Source: Planctomycetota bacterium (GTDB lineage: Bacteria; Planctomycetota; SZUA-567; H5-PLA8). Taken from it: 53,168 bases of DNA. A program made the translations under genes and the position numbers. Shown here one piece after another: positions 7,901 through 17,591 of the stretch. The stretch's first letter is position 1. Each line of letters starts with the position of its first letter. The notes below the pieces were generated by a model. It saw only the letters and a list, made by a program, of their open reading frames with translations. It was not told the origin of the DNA and did not search any database. The DNA is taken from the NCBI GenBank assembly GCA_026692735.1, contig JAPLOD010000256.1, forward strand, positions 1-53,168, given 5' to 3'.

Positions 7901-10888
7901 ATGGGTTCACGCGACAAGGAACGCGCCAGCGCGACGGACGCGGGCGCTCAACCCATCAACGCGCGCAAGCAGCGCGTGGCTGAGTTCGTGGCGTGGGCCG
8001 GCAAGCACATCAAGGGCGACGAGAAGGGCGAGGCGCAGATATTCCTCGACCGGCTCTTCCAGGCATACGGGCAACAGGGAATCCTCGAAATTGGAGGCAC
8101 TCTGGAGTTCCGGCTCCGCAAGTCGAAGGAGGACGGCGGCGGCACGGCCTTCGCCGATCTGGTGTGGAAGCCGTATGTTCTGGTCGAGATGAAGAAGCGC
8201 GGCGAGGATCTTACGCGCCACTACCGGCAAGCCTTCGACTACTGGGTGCGGCTGGTGCCGAACCGTCCGCACTACGTCGTACTCTGCAACTTCGACGAAT
8301 TCTGGGTGTACGACTTCGAAACGCAGATGGACACGCCGAAGGACCGCGTGCCGCTGGCCGAACTGCCTGAGCGCAACGGCGCGCTCGCGTTCCTGTCGCC
8401 CGTCCACGAAACGCCCGTCTTCGCGCACGATCATGTGGCGGTCACGCGCGACGCCGCCGACAAACTGGCCATGTGCTTCAACAGCCTGGTGGCGCCGAAC
8501 CGGAAGGCGAGCGTCAGCCGCGACGACGCGCAGGCGTTCATCCTCCAGATGCTCGTGGCACTCTTCGCCGAAGACATCGGACTGCTGCCCCAGTACACGG
8601 TCACGCGGTTGCTGGACGAATGCAAAACACCGGCGGACACCTACGACCTGCTTGGCGGCCTCTTCGTAGCAATGAACGACCCGAGGGGTAATCCCGGCGG
8701 GCGCTACAAAGGGGTCGCGTACTTTAACGGCGGGCTGTTCGCTAAACCGGCGCAACTGGAGCTGCAGCCGAATGAGCTGAATCTCTTGAGAGCTGCCGCT
8801 GAGTTCGAATGGTCGCAGGTGCGGCCGGAGATCTTCGGCACGCTGTTCGAGCACTCGCTGGGCAAGGAGCAGCGGCACGCCTTCGGACAGCACTTCACCA
8901 GCCCCGTTGACATCATGAAGATCGTGGGGCCGACCATCGTCGAGCCGTGGCGCGAGCAGATCGAGAACGCCTCGACGCTGACGCAGATGAACAAGCTGCG
9001 GAATCGCATGGAGCACTTCACGGTGCTCGACCCCGCCTGCGGTTCCGGCAACTTCCTGTACATCGCCTATCGCGAACTGAAGCGCCTGGAGAAACGGCTG
9101 TTCGAGCGGATGGAGGAGAAGTTCCCGAGCGAGGCGAAGCAGACGGGCCGTATGAGCTTCCTGTCGGCGCAGAACTTCCACGGCATGGATATCAGCCCGT
9201 TCGCGATCGAGCTGGCCAAGGTCACGATGGTCATCGCCCGCAAGCTGGCCATTGACGAACTGCACATCAACGAAAGCCCGCTCCCGCTGGACAACCTGGA
9301 CGCCAACTTCAAAGCCGTGGACGCGCTGATTGATGCGGCCGGCATCCCGGCGCAATGGCCGAAGACCGACGTGATCATCGGCAATCCGCCGTTCCTCGGC
9401 GCCAAGTTGCTGAAACCGCAACGCGGGCCGGATTACGTGAACCTGCTGCGCAAAGCGTATCCGGACGTGCCGGGGATGGCCGACTACTGTGTGTATTGGT
9501 TCCGCAAGGCCCATGACCAGCTTGCCGGATGCACGGCGGACGATCCCGTGGCGGGACGGGCGGGCCTGGTCGGGACGCAGAACGTGCGCAACAACCAGTC
9601 GCGCGTGGGCGGACTGGATCACATTGCCAAGACGGGGACGATCATTGAAGCCGTGGAGAACCAGCCGTGGTCGGGCGAGGCCAACGTACACGTCTCGATT
9701 GTGGATTGGGTAAAAACGCAGGACGCCAAGCGGCTGCCGAAGAAACGGCGCTTGTGGTTCAAGGTGGAGCCCCCGCCCGGAGAGAAGGGCAAACGCAAGC
9801 GCGGCGAAGGCCCGGCGAGCAAGGACTACGAACTCGACTTCAGAGAATGCGCCCATATCAACTCCGCCCTGTCGGATGAGGTGGATTTGGCGGCGGCAAG
9901 CCAGCTCACCTGCAATCTCGCTCCCCAGGTATCATTCAACGGTCAGATGTTAGGCCACAAGGGTTTCCTGTTGTTGTCGGCGCAGAGATCTGAGATTCTG
10001 AGGCGCGATCCGAAGTCAAAGGTGGTAATCTTCCCTTACCTCAATGGCAGGGAAGTGTTGTCTGGAGCCGGAGGCCCGGAGCGCTACGTTCTGGACTTCG
10101 GACAAAGGGACCAACTCAAGGCTGCAGCCTTTGCGGGAGCATTTGCGTGGGTGCGTGACCACGTACTCCGCGACCGCGAACGCAAGGCAAAGGAGGGTGT
10201 GGACAGAGACGGAAACATGAGGCCGCACCATAGAGCGTTTCTATCTCGGTGGTGGCAGCTTTCGTTCGGTCGGCCCGAACTGATATCGCTTCTCGCCGAC
10301 ATTCCGAGATACCTTTGTTGCAGCCTCGTGACGAAACGACCGATCTTTATCTTCGTTGACTCGGGAATAAGGCCAAGCAACCTTCTGCAGGTGTTCGCGT
10401 TCGCCGACGACTTTACTTTTGGTATCGTGCAGTCGGGACAGCACTGGGCTTGGTTCCGACACAAATGCTCAAAGCTGAAGTCCGACTTTCGCTTTGGAGA
10501 AGAGGTCTGGAACACATTCCCCTGGCCCCAGAAGCCAACGAAACAACGCGTGCAGGCCGTGGTCAAAGCCGGGCGCGAGGTGCGGCGCGTGCGCGCCGAG
10601 GCGCTCAAGGGCATCAAAGGCGGCCTGCGTGCGCTCTATAGAACACTCGAACTGCCCGGCAAGAACCCGCTGAAAGACGCGCACGCCGCGCTGGATGCCG
10701 CGGTGCTGGACGCGTACGGCTTCTCGCCGCGGACGGACATCCTCTCGCAGCTTCTCGCGCTGAACCTGGATGTGGCGGCACGGATCGAGAGAGGTGAAGC
10801 CGTAACGGCGCCGGGCGTGCCGAAGGACTATCCGAAGCCGGAGGAGTTGGTCACAGACGATTGCGTGCAGGCGGAGGACGAGAGCTAG
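7901..10888 (+). CDS. MmeI-family type IIL restriction-modification enzyme (fused PD-ExK nuclease, N6-adenine methyltransferase and TRD)
   Basis: Collinear with MmeI motifs: nuclease FADLVWKPYVLVEMKKRGEDL..AFDYW..YVVLCNFDEF, FGQHFTSPVDIMKIV, SAM motif I VLDPACGSGNFLYIAYRELKRLE, motif IV IIGNPPFLG, and the C-terminal VWNTFPWP and LDAAVLDAYGF. Confidence 0.9.
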   Translation: MGSRDKERASATDAGAQPINARKQRVAEFVAWAGKHIKGDEKGEAQIFLDRLFQAYGQQGILEIGGTLEFRLRKSKEDGGGTAFADLVWKPYVLVEMKKRGEDLTRHYRQAFDYWVRLVPNRPHYVVLCNFDEFWVYDFETQMDTPKDRVPLAELPERNGALAFLSPVHETPVFAHDHVAVTRDAADKLAMCFNSLVAPNRKASVSRDDAQAFILQMLVALFAEDIGLLPQYTVTRLLDECKTPADTYDLLGGLFVAMNDPRGNPGGRYKGVAYFNGGLFAKPAQLELQPNELNLLRAAAEFEWSQVRPEIFGTLFEHSLGKEQRHAFGQHFTSPVDIMKIVGPTIVEPWREQIENASTLTQMNKLRNRMEHFTVLDPACGSGNFLYIAYRELKRLEKRLFERMEEKFPSEAKQTGRMSFLSAQNFHGMDISPFAIELAKVTMVIARKLAIDELHINESPLPLDNLDANFKAVDALIDAAGIPAQWPKTDVIIGNPPFLGAKLLKPQRGPDYVNLLRKAYPDVPGMADYCVYWFRKAHDQLAGCTADDPVAGRAGLVGTQNVRNNQSRVGGLDHIAKTGTIIEAVENQPWSGEANVHVSIVDWVKTQDAKRLPKKRRLWFKVEPPPGEKGKRKRGEGPASKDYELDFRECAHINSALSDEVDLAAASQLTCNLAPQVSFNGQMLGHKGFLLLSAQRSEILRRDPKSKVVIFPYLNGREVLSGAGGPERYVLDFGQRDQLKAAAFAGAFAWVRDHVLRDRERKAKEGVDRDGNMRPHHRAFLSRWWQLSFGRPELISLLADIPRYLCCSLVTKRPIFIFVDSGIRPSNLLQVFAFADDFTFGIVQSGQHWAWFRHKCSKLKSDFRFGEEVWNTFPWPQKPTKQRVQAVVKAGREVRRVRAEALKGIKGGLRALYRTLELPGKNPLKDAHAALDAAVLDAYGFSPRTDILSQLLALNLDVAARIERGEAVTAPGVPKDYPKPEELVTDDCVQAEDES

Positions 10889-11080
10889 TCGGAGGGAGCC
10901 CAGTGCTTCGCAATATCAGGGTCATATTGAGTTTCCTAAACACCCGTCGTGCCGCGGTCCCTCAGATAGATAGTTCCCGTTTCGCTGATGATGTACGAAC
11001 TCCGGCCCGACCGCCTCCGCCAACCTGAGCTTGCAGTTTCAGCGCGAGGCGGAATGATCGTACACCGTCTCCACGCCATG
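10885..11080 (-). pseudogene. decayed pilin-like gene fragment (C-terminal part, in-frame stop plus frameshift)
   Basis: The minus strand reads ...GRSSYIISETGTIYLRDRGTTGV*ETQYDPDIAKHWAPSD*. The intact paralog has GRSSYILSEVGTVYQRDRGTTGVQETKYDPDRALGWCPAE*. TAG (10936-10938) replaces the Gln codon. Upstream homology (GDGVRSFRL vs DGGARSFML) lies in another frame. No prepilin leader is present. Confidence 0.7.
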
Positions 11081-11190
11081 GCCGCGAAGGCCTCCCAAAG
11101 CGCCGCTCACTTTCGCAGGCGCCTGGCGGCTTGGAGCATGGCGAATGTGCTGACAACTTCGGGACCCGACACCACGAAAGGACGGACAGC

Positions 11191-12249
11191 ATGGCTAAGA
11201 GCACCCAGAAGAGAAAGCTGCGTGTGGCCCTCATCGGAGCCGGCGGTATTGCCGGCACGCATACGGAAAACTACAAGAAGTTCGAGGACGTCGAGGTCGT
11301 CAGCGCGTGCGATGTCCACGCGGGGACGCTCAAAAAGTTCGGCGAGAAGTTCGGCATCACCGACCTCTTCGGCACTTGGCAGGAACTGCTCGAAAAGACG
11401 AAGCCGGATGCGGTCAGCGTCTGCACGCCGAACGGCCTGCACTGGCAGCCGACCGTGGACGCGCTTAACGCCGGTTGCCACGTGCTCGTTGAGAAACCGC
11501 TGGCGATGAACGCGGTCGAAGGCCGGAAGATGCTGGACGCCGCCAGGAGGAACAAGAAGCATCTGGTGATCGCGTTTCAGCACCGCTTTGACGGCCGCAT
11601 CAAGCTGCTCAAGCGCGCCATTGACGAAGGGCTCTTCGGCAGGATCCTGTTCGTGCGGGTGCAGGCGCTGCGCCGGCGCGGCATCCCGAACTGGGGCGTC
11701 TTCGGGCGCAAGGAACTGCAGGGCGGCGGACCGCTGATTGATATCGGCGTGCACGCGCTGGAGATGACGCACTACGCGATCGGTTCGCCCGAACCCGTCG
11801 CGGCGTCCGGCAACATCTGGACCTACATGGGCAACAAGCCGTCCGACATCGCCAGCATGTGGCCGAACTGGGACTACAAGACATACACGGTCGAGGACCT
11901 GGCGATCGGCCACATCCGTATGAAGGACGGGGCGGTCATTCACATCGAGGCGTCGTTCGCGACGCACATCGAGCAGGACGTGTGGAGCTTCCAGGTGTTC
12001 GGCGAGAAGGGTGGAGCGACGTTCGACCCGTTCGCGATCTTCCGCGACGAGGCCGGCATGATGTTGAACTGCACCCCGGCGTACGTGCCCAGAATCGAGA
12101 TCTTCCCCTATAAGATGCGGCACTTCGTGGACGTGTGCCTGTACGGCCGCAAGTGCGAAGCGCCCGCCGAACACGGCCTGATGGTGCAGAAGATGCTCGA
12201 CGGCATCTACGCTTCGGCCGCAGCCGGGAAGGAAGTGAAGATCGCATAG
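11191..12249 (+). CDS. Gfo/Idh/MocA family NAD(P)-dependent oxidoreductase
   Basis: ATG 11191 after GAAAGGA. Rossmann N-terminus LRVALIGAGGIAGTHTENY, then EKPLA.. and the typical C-terminal alpha/beta domain. Confidence 0.85.
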   Translation: MAKSTQKRKLRVALIGAGGIAGTHTENYKKFEDVEVVSACDVHAGTLKKFGEKFGITDLFGTWQELLEKTKPDAVSVCTPNGLHWQPTVDALNAGCHVLVEKPLAMNAVEGRKMLDAARRNKKHLVIAFQHRFDGRIKLLKRAIDEGLFGRILFVRVQALRRRGIPNWGVFGRKELQGGGPLIDIGVHALEMTHYAIGSPEPVAASGNIWTYMGNKPSDIASMWPNWDYKTYTVEDLAIGHIRMKDGAVIHIEASFATHIEQDVWSFQVFGEKGGATFDPFAIFRDEAGMMLNCTPAYVPRIEIFPYKMRHFVDVCLYGRKCEAPAEHGLMVQKMLDGIYASAAAGKEVKIA

Positions 12250-12290
12250 TGTCTCTCAGCGCCGGCCCACCTGGCGATTCTGAGTGAATC

Positions 12291-12310
12291 GGCGCCAACG
12301 AAAAGGCGCC
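12291..12310 (+). terminator. possible weak terminator hairpin after the oxidoreductase gene
   Basis: GGCGCC-AACGAAAA-GGCGCC stem-loop 40 nt after the stop. No clear T-tract. Confidence 0.25.
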
Positions 12311-12370
12311 CAACGGCCTTTATGCAGATAGGCGGGTTTCGGTCCCGCGGAGCCCTAAGGAGGCAGTCGC

Positions 12371-13663
12371 ATGTGGCGCAGTTGCGTTGTGCTTGTCCTT
12401 CTCGGCCTGTTTGTCAACAGTCAGGCCAACGTCCACGCGGCCGATGCAGTGAAGCCGAACATCATCCTCATTCTGTCGGATGACGTGGGCCTCGGCGACA
12501 TCCACTCCACCGGCGGACATTTCAACACTCCGCAGATTGACTCCCTGGCCACAGGCGGCATGCGCTTTCCGCTCTGCTACTCGACGCCGCTCTGCGGGCC
12601 GTCGCGCTGCCAGCTCCTGACGGGCCGCTATCCGTTTCGCACCGGCCTCATCAGCAACCAGAGCGCGCAGGCGCTCGCCGGGCACAAGGAGGTCATGATC
12701 CCGACCGTGATGAAATCGGCCGGCTACGTTACCGCCTGCGTCGGCAAGTGGGGCCAGATGCCCTTCGGGCCGGGCGAATGGGGCTTCGACGAGTACCTCA
12801 GTTTCCACGGCAGCGGCAAGTACTGGCGCGAAGGGTTGAAGGCGTACTACGAGAACGGCAAGGAGAAGGACCTGCCCGAAGGGAAGTACCTGCCTGACCT
12901 GATGCACGACTTCGTTGTAAGTTTCCTGGAGAAACACAAGGACCAGCCGTTCTTCCTGTATTATCCGATGTCGCACATTCATGGCCCCATCGTCCGCACC
13001 CCCGATACCAAAAAGGGCGACGACCTGTACGCGGACAACATCGAATACATGGATAAACTGGTCGGCAAACTTATCGCCGAACTCGACCGTCTGAAGCTCC
13101 GCGAGAAGACCCTTGTGATCTTCGCCGGCGACAACGGCACCGCGCGCTTCGGCGTGGAAGCCGCCACCGTGGACGGGCGGCCGATCAGCGGCATGAAGGC
13201 CAGCATGCTCGAAGGCGGCAGCCGCGTGCCGCTGATTGTCAACTGGCCCGGCGTCGCGCCGGCGGGGAAAGTCTGCACGGACCTCGTTGACTTCAGCGAC
13301 TTCTTTGCCACGTTCGCCGAATTGGGCGGCGCGAAGCTGCCCGAGGGCGTAACGCTCGACAGTCGCAGCTTCGCGGCCCAGACCAAAGGCGAGAAGGGCA
13401 CGCCGCGCGAATGGGCCTATGTCGAGCTCAACGGCAAGTCCTACGCCCGCAACGCGCGCTACAAACTGACGAACGGCGGCAACCTGTTCGACCTGAGCGA
13501 GGCGCCGTTCAAGGAAATCTCTGTTCCCACCGATACGACCGACGCCGACGCCGTGGCCGCGCGAAAGCAGCTTCAGGCCGTCCTCGACGATCACCACGCC
13601 GCCGGCGCTGGCGAAGGGAAAAACAAGAAGGGCAACAACAACCGGAAGAAGCGCCAGAACTAG
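12371..13663 (+). CDS. sulfatase (arylsulfatase A family), secreted
   Basis: Signal peptide MWRSCVVLVLLGLFVNSQANVHA. PNIILILSDDVGLGD and the formylglycine motif CGPSRCQLLTGRYPFRTG. AAGGAGG RBS. Confidence 0.9.
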   Translation: MWRSCVVLVLLGLFVNSQANVHAADAVKPNIILILSDDVGLGDIHSTGGHFNTPQIDSLATGGMRFPLCYSTPLCGPSRCQLLTGRYPFRTGLISNQSAQALAGHKEVMIPTVMKSAGYVTACVGKWGQMPFGPGEWGFDEYLSFHGSGKYWREGLKAYYENGKEKDLPEGKYLPDLMHDFVVSFLEKHKDQPFFLYYPMSHIHGPIVRTPDTKKGDDLYADNIEYMDKLVGKLIAELDRLKLREKTLVIFAGDNGTARFGVEAATVDGRPISGMKASMLEGGSRVPLIVNWPGVAPAGKVCTDLVDFSDFFATFAELGGAKLPEGVTLDSRSFAAQTKGEKGTPREWAYVELNGKSYARNARYKLTNGGNLFDLSEAPFKEISVPTDTTDADAVAARKQLQAVLDDHHAAGAGEGKNKKGNNNRKKRQN

Positions 13664-13730
13664 CTCCACCGCGCGGCTTGGATGCTCACGCGCGCGGCTC
13701 GGAATCGCCACGCGGCGCTCGTCAGCAGCC

Positions 13731-13758
13731 TTGCATCTGCTCGGCCACCGGGTAATAT
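13731..13758 (+). promoter_or_regulatory. putative sigma70-type promoter of tRNA-Arg
   Basis: TTGCAT (13731-13736), 16-nt spacer, TAATAT (13753-13758), 16 nt upstream of the tRNA 5' end. Confidence 0.4.
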
Positions 13759-13774
13759 TCCCACCGGTGCATGT

Positions 13775-13851
13775 GCGCCCGTAGCTCAATTGGATAGAGT
13801 ACCGGCCTCCGAAGCCGGGGGTTCCGAGTTCGACTCTCGGCGGGCGTACCA
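13775..13851 (+). tRNA. tRNA-Arg (anticodon CCG), CCA encoded
   Basis: Manual cloverleaf. Acceptor GCGCCCG/CGGGCGT (G1-U72). D arm GCTC-AATTGGATA-GAGT. Anticodon arm CCGGC-CTCCGAA-GCCGG (CCG). T arm CCGAG-TTCGACT-CTCGG. Then ACCA. Confidence 0.9.
13804..13823 (+). repeat. attL core (direct repeat within tRNA-Arg anticodon/variable region)
   Basis: GGCCTCCGAAGCCGGGGGTT, identical to 38187-38206. Confidence 0.85.
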
Positions 13852-13898
13852 CTTCAAGACACTAACACCACGAGGGAGAACGGGACTAATACGCCCGT

Positions 13899-15284
13899 TC
13901 ACGCAGAGGCCGATTGGCCCCGCACCCCATTCACAGCCCCATTCACAGAAGCCAGCACGATAGCCCGTGCGTTTTCGTAGTGCGCCTGCCCCACGCTGGA
14001 TGAATGGCCCAACTGCAGGTCAACCAGGTGCGGCGCGGTTCCACGGGAGAGCATCAACGTGCGGCAGGTACGCCTCGCCCGCATCGGCACCTTACGGCCA
14101 AGCGGGTGATTCCGCAGAGCGAGAGTCAATGGGTGAGCACGCAGCCTGTCACCATTCCGCTCCAGCCACGACTGGTCCAGGAACTTCCCGTGGCTCAGCC
14201 GGGGAAAGACAAACGCAGAGAAGGCCGTGACTGGCCGCAGCCGCTCCAGCCAGGGCCACAACTCCTCGCAACCGTGGCAGACGCGGTTGCTGGCTGTCGT
14301 CTTCGTTAGCTTCTCGCCGTCACGGACCGAGACCAGTTGGTCCTGCAAATCAACATCGGCCCATTTCAATGCGGCCAACTCGCTCAACCGCAGACCCGCG
14401 TAAACGAGCGTGGCAGTCATGGCGTGCCAGTAGATCGCCTCGCCCGCCTTCACCGGCTCCGCGAAATAGCGGTCCAAGGCAACCGTGGGAATGATCTCGA
14501 CCTCTCTACTGCGGGCTATCGTCGAGGGTGAGATCGTGCGGATCTGTTTCGCCAACACAGCCAGCGCTCGAATGTTGAAAGCTCCACTGGCCCAAACCAG
14601 GAATCGCTTCACGTCTCTTGATCGCTTGCCCTTCTCCGCGTCACTCTTGCCGACTGATGCCGTGGCAACCGCAGCCATGATGGATTCCAGCGTCAAGCTG
14701 ACCAATTTGCATTCCAGTTTTTCGGTCGAAACTCGAACTCGACGCAACACCAGCTTTCTTTCGGCGAGGCTCTTACAGCACAACTCACGCCGGAATCGCT
14801 CGACTGCGGCTGTGACCGTGACCGTCTGGGCCTCGCCAAGAGCTAGGCCGTCCGTGGCTTGTGTCAGGATGCTCAACTTTCGGTCGCGGTCAGCCAGTTC
14901 CTTTTCCAGCACCAGAATCCGTAACAGCGGGTCAACCTTCGGCTTTAGCTCCACGGTCTTGAGACTGAAAGCAATCACGCCGAAACATGGATCATAGAAC
15001 GCGCTCGCGGCCCGCTCACCGAATCGCGCCTTGGCCTGATCGAATTTCGTGCAATCCCACCACTCCTGATTCCTCACCATCGTGGCCAGAGCACGGGACA
15101 CCTCCAGGGCCTCCCGCTCGTCGCTCGTGCCGATGCTCCGTGACACAATCCGGCCAGGCAGCAGCGGATGCCGCATTCGCGTTCTGAACATGCCCGTGGC
15201 CGTTCGTACCAGGTAATCGAGTTTCAACTCTCGTGTCCTCCTCGCGGACGAGTAAAACACAGACAAATCCTGCCCGTCAATCAT
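13899..15284 (-). CDS. int: tyrosine-type site-specific recombinase (phage integrase family)
   Basis: 461 aa. C-terminal catalytic region GLRLSELAALKWADVDL (Arg box) ... LQLGHSSSVGQAHY (His/Tyr box). Located 48 nt from the tRNA 3' end. Confidence 0.85.
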   Translation of the reverse strand: MIDGQDLSVFYSSARRTRELKLDYLVRTATGMFRTRMRHPLLPGRIVSRSIGTSDEREALEVSRALATMVRNQEWWDCTKFDQAKARFGERAASAFYDPCFGVIAFSLKTVELKPKVDPLLRILVLEKELADRDRKLSILTQATDGLALGEAQTVTVTAAVERFRRELCCKSLAERKLVLRRVRVSTEKLECKLVSLTLESIMAAVATASVGKSDAEKGKRSRDVKRFLVWASGAFNIRALAVLAKQIRTISPSTIARSREVEIIPTVALDRYFAEPVKAGEAIYWHAMTATLVYAGLRLSELAALKWADVDLQDQLVSVRDGEKLTKTTASNRVCHGCEELWPWLERLRPVTAFSAFVFPRLSHGKFLDQSWLERNGDRLRAHPLTLALRNHPLGRKVPMRARRTCRTLMLSRGTAPHLVDLQLGHSSSVGQAHYENARAIVLASVNGAVNGVRGQSASA

Positions 15285-15482
15285 GTGGCTCCCATGACCA
15301 GCCCACCGGGACGGTGAGCTTCAACCCCAGGCCAGCACGAAACTCGTGCACGCTTGCAGGCGACCGCTTGTAGAATCGCCACGCGGCCTGGGCTTTCACG
15401 CGAGAATCCACGCCGTATGCTGGGACACAGCATCACAATCGCACCGCTATTCACGTACGCCAACTTGTGGGCAGGGCGTCAA

Positions 15483-16238
15483 CTAGCCCGGATTCTGGCA
15501 CCTTTTGTGGCCAGGCCGCGGAGGAAGGTCAGGGTGGAGTCCACGGGCTCGCCGAAGGGTCCTTATGGTGGTCCGCTTGGATGGGGGCTTACCTCTGACG
15601 CTCTGAATAGTAGACGCTATCTCAGGCAGCGTTGCGAACGGGCGTTGTAGCAGCAGCCGGTAGACGGCCTCAGCCTGCATATCGAGCTTCTCGTGAAGCG
15701 TCTGCCGTTTCGGAAATTGGGCGCAGATTTCAGCGAGGTACTCGGCCCGCGTCTTGCGCCTCCGTGGCGGCTGCTTCTGCCTTGATGGCTGTTTCTGCCG
15801 CGATGGTCTGGCGGGCGGCTGAAACGGTAAGGAGAAGGTCTGGGGCACTTGAATCCGTTGGTATTGGTTGCCGTCCTCATCGTAGTCATCAGACTTATTG
15901 TACCGCTTTAGCCACCAGAGCGCCCTGGTATCCCCTTCTAGCACGCGAGACGTAAAATCGCGCACGCGGGCTATGTCGCGTGCGAGGCAGTACGCGGACA
16001 AGTACACGCCCGCCTGCTGCTCTGCTGGTGGCTTCCCGCGCTCAATAATGGCCAGGTCCACGGCGGCCTCATATTCTGGCCGCGCCGCCTCGCGCCGCCG
16101 CTTCTCCTCCTGGTTCCTGCGCCGCCAGTCCTCACGCGTTGGGTACAGCTCTCTACCGAGCGGCTGGCCACAGCCGCGACAACTACCGTCTGGCAGTGGC
16201 TCCCCTTCGTACCAGCACGTCGAGCAGACAAGCTTCAT
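15483..16238 (-). CDS. hypothetical protein with N-terminal zinc-ribbon (CxxC..CxxC)
   Basis: MKLVCSTCWYEGEPLPDGSCRGCGQPLG. 251-aa ORF, divergent from 16436. No recognisable catalytic motif. Confidence 0.55.
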   Translation of the reverse strand: MKLVCSTCWYEGEPLPDGSCRGCGQPLGRELYPTREDWRRRNQEEKRRREAARPEYEAAVDLAIIERGKPPAEQQAGVYLSAYCLARDIARVRDFTSRVLEGDTRALWWLKRYNKSDDYDEDGNQYQRIQVPQTFSLPFQPPARPSRQKQPSRQKQPPRRRKTRAEYLAEICAQFPKRQTLHEKLDMQAEAVYRLLLQRPFATLPEIASTIQSVRGKPPSKRTTIRTLRRARGLHPDLPPRPGHKRCQNPG

Positions 16239-16240
16239 GG

Positions 16241-16434
16241 ATGAAAGGTGCCACTTTCGGCGGCAGTTGCAAGTTCCTGTGCGAGTGGGGGAACTCCTCT
16301 AGGAGCACAACGGAAAGGAGGACGCATGGCGAGGGAGACGAAGGGCAGGATGAAAGGTGCCACTTTCGGCGGCAGTTGCAGGCTTTTGTGCGAGTGGGGG
16401 AACTCCCCCAGGAGCACAACGGAAAGGAGGACGC
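16241..16434 (+). repeat. two ~85-bp direct repeats (period 109 bp), each ending in a strong RBS; divergent regulatory/leader region
   Basis: ATGAAAGGTGCCACTTTCGGCGGCAGTTGCA...GTGCGAGTGGGGGAACTCC...AGGAGCACAACGGAAAGGAGGACGC at 16241-16325 and 16350-16434. Each copy carries the imperfect palindrome GAAAG-N6-CTTTC. Confidence 0.85.
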
Positions 16435-16435
16435 G

Positions 16436-17176
16436 ATGAAGAAGAGGAAAAGGACGTGGACGCTCTGCCTGAGCAGCGAAATCTGGCAGCAGCTCGACGG
16501 GTTGGGCACTCAGATCCGCGACCTGTGCGTTGGAATGAACCGGCACAACATCGAGGACGCCATACGAATCGGAGACCTGTGCCTTGCTGGCCGCGAACTC
16601 TGCGGCCATGGGGATGTGAAGGAGTGGCTGCAGCGGGTGCAAACAATGTGCTCGCGCTCGCACTCAACGCTCTACTCGTGGCTACAGTTGGCTGAGGCGG
16701 CGAAAATTCCAGAATTTGGAAAATCACTTAGTGAGAGCAACTGGAAGCTCTCACTGGCCTGCCGGGAGGCCAGCGCATATTTGAGGAAAAAGAACAAACC
16801 CACTGCGGACGAATCCACTGCGAACGAACCCACAAAGAGTGCTGGGGGGGCCGGGGGGACTACCGCAGAACCGGGGGCGGATGCTGGGGCCACCGGGGAA
16901 TCGCAGCCGGCCGCGGAACCCGCAGAGCCTGCACAACCAACGCAGCCTGTGCAGCCCGCAGACAAATTCACACTGAGCACCAAACTATCCGGCGATCTCG
17001 GTGGCATCGTGTCGGAATTCAACGACGCGTCATTCGTCACAGCCCGCACGATCACTGGTTATCGCGGGCGTGAGCGCAACGAGTTGAGGGGCCTATGTGA
17101 ATGGGTCCTCGCGGTGCTGGATGAGGACGATGAGGAGTCGAGCATCACCAACGCGGCCACGCGTTCCGTGGCATGA
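16436..17176 (+). CDS. hypothetical protein (weak DUF3102-like N-terminal region, acidic/Pro-rich linker)
   Basis: ATG 16436 preceded by GGAAAGGAGGA. MKKRKRTWTLCLSSEIWQQL...GHGDVKEWLQRV...STLYSWLQLAEAAK. Confidence 0.6.
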   Translation: MKKRKRTWTLCLSSEIWQQLDGLGTQIRDLCVGMNRHNIEDAIRIGDLCLAGRELCGHGDVKEWLQRVQTMCSRSHSTLYSWLQLAEAAKIPEFGKSLSESNWKLSLACREASAYLRKKNKPTADESTANEPTKSAGGAGGTTAEPGADAGATGESQPAAEPAEPAQPTQPVQPADKFTLSTKLSGDLGGIVSEFNDASFVTARTITGYRGRERNELRGLCEWVLAVLDEDDEESSITNAATRSVA

Positions 17177-17302
17177 GCACGCCGGGGGCCTGCGGCACGG
17201 CTGGTTTGACCGTGACCCTCCCCGCGCCCGTAGCGCGGGCCTCGCAGGCCCCCGGCACAAACACGGCCCCCCCGTAGGGGTCCCAACGGAAAGGACGGGC
17301 AG

Positions 17303-17521
17303 ATGGACATCGAACACGACATACCGATACCGAGCCTGAAAACCGGTTCAAAATGGGATGTGTTCAAACGCATGAACGTCGGCGATTCTATTCTGATACC
17401 CGCCGGGTCTCAGAAACAGGCTGCCTATGCCGCACGAGATCGTGGCATCAGGATCGCACGGCGCAAACAACCAGACGGCAACATCCGAATCTGGCGCGTA
17501 GCTCCCAAGTCGGAGGACTAA
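17303..17521 (+). CDS. small hypothetical protein
   Basis: 72-aa ORF with protein-like composition, co-oriented in the element's early gene block. Confidence 0.5.
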   Translation: MDIEHDIPIPSLKTGSKWDVFKRMNVGDSILIPAGSQKQAAYAARDRGIRIARRKQPDGNIRIWRVAPKSED

Positions 17522-17591
17522 GGAAATAGCAAACCGAGACCACCGGGACCGGCATTGGGCCGGTCCCCAATCAGAGAACAAGGAGGACAGC

